Assembly (NCBI GenBank): GCA_964016885.1
Contig: OZ024740.1
Span: 320,664,001-320,728,000, forward strand
Direction of reading: 5' to 3'
Length of the DNA: 64,000 nucleotides
Source of the DNA: Eledone cirrhosa
Taxonomy: Eukaryota
In this document: piece by piece, positions 1-11,600 of the stretch
How the letters are laid out: each line of letters starts with the position of its first letter
Position numbering within the stretch: the first letter of the stretch is position 1
Program-made: the position numbers and the translations under genes
Notes under the pieces: model-generated
What the model saw: the letters and a program-made list of their open reading frames with translations, nothing else
What the model was told of the DNA's origin: nothing
Database searches by the model: none

Positions 1-67
1 ATTGCATATTCATTACATCTAAGCAGGCAAGAGATGTTAGTATGTGTTGCCTCTTATCCATAATATA

Positions 68-185
68 TAATTGTTTCTACTTTTGGCACAAGGCCAGCAA
101 TTACCCAATGCATTACTGGTACTTTATTCTATTGATCCCGGAAGGATGAAAGGCAAAGTTAACCTCGGCGGGATTTGAACTCAAT
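68..185 (-). mobile_element. tRNA-derived SINE family A, partial copy
   Basis: Reverse complement of the core gcctttcatcctt..ggggtcgataaaataaagtaccagtaa..aattgctggccttgtgccaaaagtagaaacaatt seen more than 15 times in the window. Confidence 0.75.
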
Positions 186-369
186 GCTACTTAGTTCATT
201 GTTGAATGATAGGGAGACGAGAGGGTATCAAAGACATAGGGGTGTCAGATGGAGACTTAACAAGGACATATTGGACAACAGGCCCAAATGTAGGTATAAC
301 TCCCAGCCTTCATCATTTTTAACCACCTTTTTTTAATATTGTTTCACCATGTACTCATGGGTGTGCAGA

Positions 370-640
370 TTTTATTTAATGCCACAAAGTGGTCAAGTGG
401 GTGTCACAACAAAAAGCATCCATCCCACAGTGTAAGGTGGTCGTGTAGATGTCACGACAAAAAGCACCCAGCCCACACTGTAAATGTGGTTGCCATTAGG
501 AAGGGCATCCAGCCATAGAAACCTAGTCAGAAACAGTTCTATATGACCAAGATATGGTCATCTGACCCAATTTGCTTCTAATGGGACAACCTGTCTACCC
601 CATGTTAGCATGGAAAAATGAATGTTAAACAATGATGATA
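370..640 (+). mobile_element. Non-autonomous element sharing the RTE 3' UTR/tail
   Basis: ggaagggcatccagc..agaaa..cccatgttagcatggaaaa..gttaaacaatgatgat resembles the 3' end of the RTE at 59282-59600. Other copies at about 10355, 16340, 23680, 24337, 31830, 44610, 47313, 49540 and 55890. Confidence 0.7.
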
Positions 641-1542
641 ATATTGTTAATTATTTGTCATCTCTCTTATAATGTTTAGCTTCCTGAGATCTGTCTCTAA
701 TACTTCATCCCATACTTTATACAGCTGTCATTCTCCATATGTATCACATGCCCATATCAACAGTCTTTTCTCTTTTGCGCTACATCTGATTTCTCTTATA
801 TCCAGTTTTTCTCTCAGTTCATTTTTGCTCTGTCATTCATGTACACTAACATTACATATCCAATGAAGTATGCACGCTTCATTTATTTTCAGTCATCACT
901 AGTTTTCCACATTCAAGGCCCATGCCCCTATACCAAAACTGCACTTTGACATAAACACCATACAATCTGTCCTTCGTTTTGAAAGAGGATCCCTTTGTTG
1001 GCAGCAGAGGTAATATTGCTGGAAAGATATGAAGCAAACAGGTTGTACTATTAGCATGCAGATCAGTTGAAAGAAAAAAAAAAAAGAGAAAAATGTATCC
1101 ACCGTAGTATGCAAAAAAGATTGTTTTGGTGTATGTAGGATGACAATTGATTGAAGAATTGCTAAGTAATCCAAGAGGAAGAGGAAAAGATGATGGTAGA
1201 TCTCAGTATGTTGAAGCGCATGAAGGAGATAAGAGTCTACATTAAACAATGAAGCATTGTGCTGGAGAAGGTCATACAAGCATGGAAAATGGATTTAGAA
1301 GGATGATGCTGCTTTACTTGACTGTTTAACAGTCCCTACCTCACAGTTGAGTAGTTTTTAGAGGGAAGCATATCCAAATTTTAAAATCTATCCTAATCTT
1401 CTGGCATGGAAAATATCTCTAAATTTATTTTTCATTAGTTTTGCTATTTTCTGATCTAAGCATTTCTAAGTATGCAAGCTGTATATATGTACATATTTTT
1501 ATATTTTAATTTCTTTTTTCTTTGTTTTGGTTTTAATTTTAG

Positions 1543-4500
1543 ATGCTGCTGGTGCTGCTGGGGAAAAAACAGCTGATATATCAGACATGTCAAAAAGTAA
1601 CCTATCTCTTGGATTCTTGACAGTAAATTCTGAAAATGCTGAAAAACTTCTAGCTACCACAATCCCAAATGTTGAAGATAGTCTGGAAGGATCAGAGGAT
1701 CGTTCTCATGTTAAGCAATCAAAACTAGATACAATTGAGACAGAATACTCAAACTCTAAACACACTTCTGTTAGTCAAATTGGGGACACCTCAAATATTT
1801 TGAATACAATTTCTAGTAAGGATGAAATTAATAAACAAAAAGGAGAAATTAGTCAACTGTGTTTGGAAAAAAGCAAGGCTACATTATTTCAAGATGTAAT
1901 CAGGAAATGTGAGTCAACAGAAAAATCAGGAGATAAACCTAAGAAATATGATAATTCAATGGATTCTCAACAAAGAAAAAGACTGAACTTGACTGAAACA
2001 AAACCAAATAATTCAATCAATTATACTTTGAGTGACTCTTCTCATGCACCTTTAGTTCTTAAGGATGTTAGTGTGAGCCTTGTTGATATCTATTCTAGTA
2101 AAAGAAAAGAATATGTATCTAAAGTAAATGAAAAGGATATGCTCTTAATATCTTCTTCCTCTGATTCTGAAGTAAAGATCTCCAGAAAGATCTCTTCTAA
2201 ACAGGATGCTACTAATATCTCTAGCAATACCTATTCTGATGGAGAGAACATTGTTGAAGAGGTACCTGATCTTACAGCTTCTCCGAAACTAAAACAGAAA
2301 TCTAACAATCGAGAAATCACTTTAACAAAGACGAGAATTGAACAAAGTAATGTAGAAACTGTTGCAGATATACCAATGGTAACGAATAGTGTAGATTGCT
2401 CAAGTGAAATCATTGAAATATTCTCTTTTGGAAGTTTAACTGAAAAGACTACTTCTTCAGATACGAATGAAGATGAAATTGATGAAAAGGTTGCTGAAGT
2501 GGATGGCAAGAATGAAATGGAAAACTGTACAAGTTCACAGGAAGAGAGAAATACAAGTTCACAGGAAGAGAGAAATACAAGTTCACAGGAAGAGAGAAAT
2601 ACAAGTACACGGGAAGAGAGAAATAGAAGTACACAGGAAGAGAGAAATAGAAGTACACAGGAAGAGAGAAATAGAAGTACACGGGAAGAGAGAAATAGAA
2701 GTACACCGGAAGAGAGAAATAGAAGTACACAGGAAGAGAGAAATAGAAGTACACTGGAAGAGAGAAATGGAAGTACACGGGAAGAGAGAAATGGAAGTAC
2801 ACAGGAAGAGAGAAATAGAAGTACACAGGAAGAGAGAAATAGAAGTACACAGGAAGAGAGAAATAGAAGTACACAGGAAGAGAGGAATAGAAGTACACGG
2901 GAAGAGAGAAATAGAAGTACACGGGAAGAGAGAAATAGAAGTACACAGGAAGAGAGGAATAGAAGTACACAGGAAGAGAGGAATAAAAGTACACAGGAAG
3001 AGAGGAATAGAAGTACACAGGAAGAGAGAAATAGAAGTTCACAGGAAGAGAGTAATAGAAGTTCACAGGAAGAGAGTAATAGAAGTTCACAGGAAGAGAG
3101 TAATAGAAGTACACAGGAAGAGAGGAATACAAGTTCACAGGAAGAGAGAAATAGAAGTACACAGGAAGAGAGGAATACAAGTTCACAGGAAGAGAGTGAG
3201 AACCAGAACAATCACGATAAAATGTTAGATGAACAGATGGAACTGGACAAAGAAACTGACAACGACTTTCTTCCAGTAAACAATAATGTTATTTTAGAGA
3301 TACAGCAAGAAGAGATGGTCGTGATGAAAAATAATATTATACAGGATGAAAATGAAATAATTGAGATACAGGATGAACCAATTGTTGAAATACAAGATGA
3401 AGAATATATGAACTTACATAACAAAGAGGTGATTGACACCAATAGAGAAGCAGCGTTTGATTATCAGACAGAGAATAAATATATAAAAAGTCTACAAAGG
3501 AAAGACCAAGTAACATTAAATGAAAGCATTGGAATGAAACACAGTCATAACATGGAAGAAATGGTAACAGATGTTGAAGATGGCAGTAGCGTTGATGTTA
3601 AATACATAGGAGAAACTAGAAAAGAAAGTGACCGAAACAGTAATGAATCAGAAGTAACAATAACATATATGTTACAAAAAAGGAAAAATTCTGGAAGGGT
3701 GTTGCTGAGGGGTGAATATGACAAAGGCTTCTTGCAAGATAAAGTTGATGTGACTAAAGGTGAAGAGGAAGACAATGCAATACAGAGTAAAGAAGAGATG
3801 AATGCAACACAAGAAGAAGAAATTCCACTGTTTGAAATTGATGCAAGCACATCAGAAGAGGAATCTAGTGTGAACCTGGAAGTTGACATGAGCGCAAAAG
3901 ATAAAAATGATGTCAACATGGCCAACAATGAGAGTGACACTAGATTAAACCTAGACAAAAATAAGACTAAAGAAGATGATATTGGTGAAATGCAGGCTGG
4001 TGTGAGCCAGGAAGAAGTTGAGGATGGTGAGGCTGATGTGAGTGAGAATGAAAGCGAGGTTGGTGTGAGTGAGAGTGAAAGAAAGGCTGGTGTGACACAA
4101 AGTGAAAGTGAAGGTGATATGGCTCAGGAGGAAGGTGAGACCCGGTATAAAAGTGAGAGTAGTGAGATCCCAGAAGTAAGCCAAGCTGGTGAGGCCCAGT
4201 ATGAAAGTGAGAGTGGTGAAACCCCAGAAGAAGGTCAGATTAGTGAGGCCCAGTATGAAAGTGAAAGTGGTGAGACCCCGAAAGAAGACCAGGCTGGTGA
4301 AACCCAGTATGAAAATGAGAGTGGTGAAACCCCAGAAGAAGGTCAGATTGGTGAGACCCAGTATGAAAGTGAAGGTGGTGAGACTCCTAAAAAAGACCAG
4401 GCTGGTGAGTCCCAGTATGAAAGTGAGAGTGGGGAAGCCCAGTATGAAAGTGAAGGTGGTGAGACCCCGAAAGAAGAGCAGGCTGGTGTGTCCCAGTATG

Positions 4501-5649
4501 AAAGTGAGAGTGGTGAGACCCAGTATGAAAGTGAAGGTGGTGAGACCCCGAAAGAAGAGCAGGCTGGTGAGTCTCAGTATGAAAGTGGGAGTGGGGAAGC
4601 CCAGTATGAAAGTGAGAGTGGTGAGACCCTGGAAAAAGGCCAAGCTGGTAAGACCCAGTATGAAAGTGAGAGTGGTGAGACCCTGGAAAAAGGCCAAGCT
4701 GGTAAGACCCAGTATGAAAGTGAGAGTGGTGAGACCCAGTATGAAAGTGAAGGTGGTGAGACCCCGAAAGAAGAGCAGGCTGGTGAGTCCCAGTATGAAA
4801 GTGAGAGTGGGGAAGCCCAGTATGAAAGTGAGAGTGGTGAAACTCCTGACAAAAGCCAAGCTGGTGAGACCCCGGGAGATGGTCAGGTTGGTGAGACCCC
4901 GGAAGAAGATCAGGCTGGTGAGGCCCAGTATGAAAGTAAGAGTGGTGAGACCCCGGATGAAGGCCAGACTGGTGAGACCCCGGGAGATGATCAGGTTGAT
5001 GAGAGTGGTGTGACCCAGTATGAAAGTGGATTGATCCTTACCTTAATGGGTGACAGTATTGCTGTGACTGATCAGAAAAAAAAATTGGCATTAAGCAGGG
5101 ATGGAGAAAGTGAGGACGAATTTGTAAATGTTTTAAAAGGTGACAGTGTTACTGTTCCAGTTAATGATTATGAGGATCTTCATGAAGTCAAAAATGTCGA
5201 TGAAAAGGAACAAAAGTCTGAAAGCAAAAATATTTCTCTTCAAAGAGAACTAAGTAAAAATAAAATCGAACAAGTAGATAATGAAATTACATTCCATCAT
5301 AATATAAAGCACTCAGAGGAGAAGCATTATATTAAAATTAAAGAAAGCAATGATTCTCCCAAACCATCAACATCTCAGAGTCTCAGCTTCAAACATAAAG
5401 GAACCAAACGAAAATCTACTGGTAACCAAACATCAGAGGTGTCACAAGCATCAGCTCATTCGACTTCACATAAACTGAAACGACCAAGCATTGACACAAG
5501 TAAATCATACAGAATTATAGATTCTATGACAAAAATTGGAGAGTCTCTGGTATCCCGTAATCGAACTACAAATCAGTCTCGTTTGGACAGTGTAGTTGTT
5601 TCAAATAAAAGCCAACAACAGTCTCAGAAGACAGATCAACAAATACCAG
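1543..5649 (+). CDS. CENPT: Giant 4,107-bp internal exon of the CENP-T-like gene: acidic, low-complexity, probably disordered
   Basis: Open frame (ORF track 1527..5750). Polypyrimidine tract and AG at 1541-1542; donor GT at 5650 (ccag|gtcaga). Phase 1 at both ends, and it joins in frame to micro-exon 6369-6397. Confidence 0.85.
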
Positions 5650-8600
5650 GTCAGACATTTTGTTTGTTGTTTACTTGTATTATGTTTGTTTTTCTTAAGA
5701 ATACAATAATGATTTCTGATTTAGGCACAAGGCCAACGATTTCGGGGTGAGGGGAAAGTTGATTAAATTGACCCCAGTGCGTTACTGGTGCTTTATTGAT
5801 CAGCTCCATAAGGATGAAAGGCAAAGCTAACCTTGGCGGGAATCTCGTTCATGAGTTTTATATCAAATAATAATAATAATATTAATATTTGATTCATTTG
5901 CAAGCATACAGCCTCATAACACCATGTGGTTTAGACGACTATCGCCATCCTTTTGTTCTAGAGGTAGCAGAGAGAAACAATCGACAATTGTTTCAGGGTT
6001 ATTGCCGCTTGTCAAGATTGTGTATCTCTCCTTTTCCTGCTACACTCTACAACTCTTGAGAATAGTTAGTATTTTCTAAAGTATACATCGGCTGATTAGC
6101 CTAATTTGCATACTGAGCGATTTTACGGGTGGCTTTGCTGAAAATTAAAAACAAAGCATATCGGGTGCATTTTATCATGGCACCAGAACAAGTTTAATAT
6201 TAATGATTAAAGGCTAAGTAAGGCTTTAGAGCAAAGACATGAATGTCATAACTTCCTGTTCCTACTTCCCAATGTATAATAACATATATACTGATAAACA
6301 ATATAATAATGTTTGATAAATTTTAAAAAAATCAATATTAATAATGTTTAACTTATTAATATTTCCAGCTGAATTCCGGAAAGTGTTTGAATTACCGGTA
6401 AGTAATGGCTTTTCACATCATCTTTATAAAACTAGTATCAGTTAATTATAACCTCAGATACATTACATCCAGCAATGAATTAAGGTCATCATTAGTTTAG
6501 TGGTATTATTTGTCAAGGTAAACTGAGAACATAGAGAGGACTAATTTAGTAGTATTATCTAAGGCGGGGGATTGGCAGTATCAGTAGAAGGTCATTATCT
6601 AAGGCGGGGGATTGGCAGTATCAGTAGAAGGTCGGATGCCATGCTTTGCAGCATAGAGTTACTCCTCTTTATGGTGTGAGTTCAAATCTCGCCGAGGTTC
6701 ACTTTGCCTTTCATCCTTATGGGGTCGATAAAATAAAGTACCAGTAATGTACTAGGTAATTGCTGGCCTTGTGCCAAAAGTAGAAATAATTATCTAAGGC
6801 AAACTAAGAACATAGAAAGGGCTAATTTACTAGTATTATCTAAGTCAAACTGGGAACATAGACAGGGCTAGTTTAGTTGTTATCTGTTAAGGCAAACTGA
6901 GAACATAGAGAAACAGAACTAAATACAGTGAGTTTTTTTTCTGCTTTTTTTTAAATTTAATTTCTCTATATAAATTATGTTTATATACTAATGTTACTCT
7001 ATTACATGTTCCAGCTGACAGGCTGAGGCCATGCTGGAGCACCAGCATTGATGCTACAGTCACTTGACACCACAAAAACCGAGATAAGCACCAGCTGATG
7101 AGCTTCCAGGTTCATGACAAATTTTAGACTTAGTGATAACTTACACTCATTACACACATTAGTTTAGCAGCTTTGCCAGATAATTCTACTTTTACTAAAG
7201 GTTTTTAAGATTAAGAAACCACTAAAATAATATAAAAGTTATCATGACTCTGCAGGACATAGTAGCAATCATAGAAAAGAGAAGGGTTTCTCTCTGTCTG
7301 TGAAATTTAGGTATAGAATAACCAGGTGCTAATTTAGTAATCCCTGTTGAATGGGCAACATTAACCTATGGGAAAGGTGGAATAAAAGGTAAAAGTAAAG
7401 AACCTCTTTGGTCATGAATGACCGGGCAAGGTGTTTTTATAAAAGACTAGCAGTCACTCATGCATATCAGTCTCCCTTCTCCATGCCACTGATGATGTCC
7501 ATGGGTAAAACAACGGCCAATATAGCTTGGTACAAGTGATGTCACAACTCATTTCTATTGATGAGTGAACTGGAGCAAAGTGAAATAAAGTGTCTTGCTC
7601 AAGGACTCAACGCATCACCTGATCTGGGAATTAAACTTACAGTCTCACAATGGTAAATCCAACTCTTTAACACGAAGCCACACTGAGTTATTAGGGTGTT
7701 ATCCAGCATGCATGTCAGACAACATGCTTCATGGCATAGAATTATGGCCCTTTACGTTCTGATTTCAAATATCACCGCGGTTAGCTTTGTCTTTCATCCT
7801 TACAGGGTCAATAAAATAAAGTACCAGTAATGAACTGAGGTCGATTTAATTGATTCCCCCCCCCCCCCCCAAAAAAAAATTGCTGGCCTTGTGCTTATAG
7901 TAGAAATCATCATTATTATTATTGTGTGTTTCTTTGGGTGGTGAATTAGCTGAGCCATTAGAGCAGTGAACTAATGCTTAGAAGTAGTTTTTCCAGTGCT
8001 TTACATTCTGAGTTCAAATCTTGCAGAGGTCAACTTTGACTTTCTTCCCTCCAAGGTCGATAATAGAAAGTACCAGTCCGATACTGGAGTCTTCTGGCCT
8101 TGTGCCTAAATTAGAAAATATGTTATGTTCTTACTGATTCAGTCATCTCTACCATGCACATTTACAAAGTCTCTTAGCCTTTATTGCAAACTATCATTAT
8201 ATGTACTCTCGGGTCCCAAATAATAGGGGTGAGGTATTGGTAATTTTTCTAGGTTGTCTCCATTGATTTTTTTAAAAATCAGAATTAGTCATTTAATTTA
8301 CATATTGAGACCCTAACCTATTCTATTTATTTTATAAGGTATGAGATTTCTTATAATGTACTTTTTTTGTATTGTATAATGTTTTTTAATGTCTAAAGAA
8401 AATTAATTATCACAAGAATGCAACCAGTTAAAATAAAATTACGCTGGAGATAGATTAGCAAAATTTAATAAGCAGAGGGTGGGAAAAAATCTGAAAAATT
8501 AATAAGCGGTGGATGATTATTCAAGACCCGAGATTGTTATTAATATTTTCATTTGAGGCAGGCCCGCTACATGGATTGGCCAAGTTCCATTACCATATAG

Positions 8601-11600
8601 CATCAATCCTCCTCCATACAATTCATATGTTTCAATGTTAGATCTTTTTTTACACTCAATATTTATTATATTTCTTGCTTGAATATTCTTTTTTCTTTTT
8701 TTCTTTTTTTTTATAGGGTTTTTTTTTTTCAATTTCAAATTAATTTCGATGTTTTTTGTTTTTTTTGTTTTAAATAGAAACCAAAAAAAAAGAAGACGAT
8801 CAACCGAGTGTAAGTGTTAAATTCTCAACTCATGAGTCACAAGTCTCTATCTTGTTACAGATATACCTGGGCCCAGGATAAGGCACCTATATTTTGCCAT
8901 CTCACTCATGACAAGATGTGATTTGAAGGAATTTGGCTGCTATTTTAATGGATCAGGCAATTGCATAACACCATCAGTAGCTTGTACTAGAGTATGTTAT
9001 GAGATATTACTTAACAGCCCCATCAGTAGCTTGTACTAGTGTATGTCATGAGGTATTACATAACTCCATCAATGGCTTGTACTAGTGTGTGTTATGAGAT
9101 ATTACATAACACCTTCAATGTCTTGTACTAGAGTGTCATGAGAGATTACATAACACCATCAGTGGTTTGTACTAGAGTATGTCAAGAGACTTGGTGGTCT
9201 GTGATGTCTTTGTCCTCCTGAACAGCTAACATTTCACTGCCCCATCTTAAAATGACTTCATGCACCATTTTCTCCTTTCAGTATCACTACTACTGTCTTT
9301 CACTCATATCCTTTAATGTATTCTCTTCCCAAGCCTCTTTAACTCAGAATTAAATACACTTGGAACTCTGAGCCTTCCCCCCATCTCCTCTCTACATCTA
9401 TGTACTTGCTACAAGTCAAACTGAACTCAAATCTCATTTATCTTATTCACCTGGTTATCCTTGTCTTTTGATTTCTCTGAGTTTAAAAAGGCTCTGGGTA
9501 CTTACTGCTCCAGCCAATTCTGTCTAATAACTGAAACAGTTTTAACCCTTTAGCATTTAAACAGGCTGTATCCAACCAGAATTCTCTCACTTCTTTCTGT
9601 TCAAACGGGCCATAACTGGCCACTCATACTGATGTTAAGGTTTTGTTCTCAAAATAAATAATATCAAAATCTCATAGATTCAATATTATGTGAGATAAAG
9701 CCTTTACCATGAAAATACAATAGTATATATAGAGTTATGCTAAAGAGTTAAACTTAAGGTTTTATAAATTTTATTTTCCCCTTTGAGTTCATTGCATTGT
9801 TTAGCCCCAGATCAACCCTAATTGAGCAAGCAAATATTCTAGTTATGACCACCATATTGTTTTACAGACATGCTTAGTATTACATTATCCAATGTGTTTG
9901 GTGCTTATTTAAGATGCCGAGAAAAATTTGGCTGCTATTTCTAGCAAGTCATGTAACCTTGTAGAAGCTCCCTCATTAGCATTGATGTGCTTTTATTTCA
10001 TAAGTTCTCGTCTAGTGTTTCTTACCAATAGTAGATTCTTAACTATTAGGGGTTTGTTTATTTGTTTATTTATTTCTGTACAATTTAAAAAAAAAAATTC
10101 AAAATGTTTCTTTATTGTAGAGTAAGACGTGACAATGCAGAGCATTGTGTACCACCTCGGGGAACAACCTCCTTACTCAGTCATTATTCAAAGATCTCTT
10201 TCCCAAGTTCCTGTGCTGATGCATTAGGTTCAATGTAAGTATACATCTGTCAATTATTTCTTACTGACATGCTTCACGAATATCATTTTCTGTAAATTAT
10301 TATTGATTTTGCTAAGTTAATACCATTTCTTTTCAGTGTGTATTGTAATGCATGTCATCATCATCATTTAACGTCCATTTTTCCACACTAGCATGGGTTA
10401 GATGAGTTGTCCTGTTGTGAGACAAGTCAGATCAGGTGACTGTGTCTTGCTCATACAGAACTGATTTTGATTTGGTTTCTTCAGCTGGAAGCCCTTCGAA
10501 GCCCTTCCAAAAACCAACCACATTTAAAAATGAACTGGGTGCTTTTTATTACAATGACTTTACACTGTGGACTGGGCACTTTTTGTTGTGACACCAACAT
10601 GATGACCTTACTGTGTGGGCTGGGCACTTTTTGTTGTGACACCTACATGACCACTTTACAGTGTGGACTGGGTGCTTTTTGTCATGTCACCAACACGACC
10701 ACTTTACAGTGTAGACTTGGTGCTTTTGTCATGACCCCAACACGACCACTTTACAGTGAGGACTAGGTGTTTCTTGTGACACGAACACTTAGCAGTGTGG
10801 ACTGGGTGCTTCTTGTAACACCAACACACACACTTAGCAGTGTGGACTGGGTGCTTCTTGTAACACCAACACACACACTTAGCAGTGTGGACTGGGTGCT
10901 TCTTGTAACACCAACACACACACTTAGCAGTGTGGACTGGGTGCTTCTTGTAACACCAACACACACACTTAGCAGTGTGGACTGGGTGCTTCTTGTAACA
11001 CCAACACACACACTTAGCAGTGTGGACTGGGTGCTTCTTGTAACACCAACACACACACTTAGCAGTGTGGACTGGGTGCTTCTTGTAACACCAACACGAA
11101 CACTTAGCAGTGTGGACTGGGCAGTTTTTGTCGTCATCTTCATGATGATGTGATTTTTTTTGTTCTTTTATAAACCATTATAATTCCCACACAGTTCCAT
11201 TTATTAGTAAATAATGTTTTACTTTTTTTTTTGTTTTTTCTCCAGAACTGATGACTATTTTGAAAACCTATTTGAAGTCCTGTCTTCATATGCCAATAAA
11301 GAAAGGAGATTAACTATCTGTCAGTCCGATGTAGAACTCTATTTAAAAAAGTAACTTATTTATTCTTTTTGTTTCTCTTTTTGCATTCATTTCTTCACCT
11401 TAACATTACAGTACAGTGGAACCTCAGTTCACAAACTTAAATCATTCCAGATGGCGGTTCATCATCCAAAATGTTCGTTAACTGAATCTATTTTTTCCAT
11501 ACGTAATGTTGAGAAAGAAATACAGTGAGTTAGTGAGAGAGAAATTGTGTGTGAAAGACAGATAAATATCACCATAGTAACTGACTACACAACAAGTGGC

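Noticed and set aside
2231-3228. Alternative-frame and antisense ORFs (326, 245 and 253 aa) over the 24-bp array
   Set aside because: They are by-products of a stop-free repeat whose unit is a multiple of 3; only the 1527..5750 frame stays open outside the array.
3951-5013. Overlapping ORFs of 302, 274 and 92 aa over the 27-bp array
   Set aside because: Same repeat artefact; no independent splice or start signals.
1527-5750. The 1,407-aa ORF as a stand-alone single-exon gene
   Set aside because: It starts at a TTG inside a polypyrimidine tract and runs past a good donor into a SINE; it is an internal exon.
7015-7109. Possible extra CENPT exon (ccag|ctgac...cttccag|gt)
   Set aside because: Stop codons in all usable frames, and the transcript is already in frame without it. 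At most a pseudo-exon.
10786-11121. CRISPR-like regular repeat
   Set aside because: Units are contiguous and identical with no unique spacers, there are no cas genes, and the context is a eukaryotic intron.
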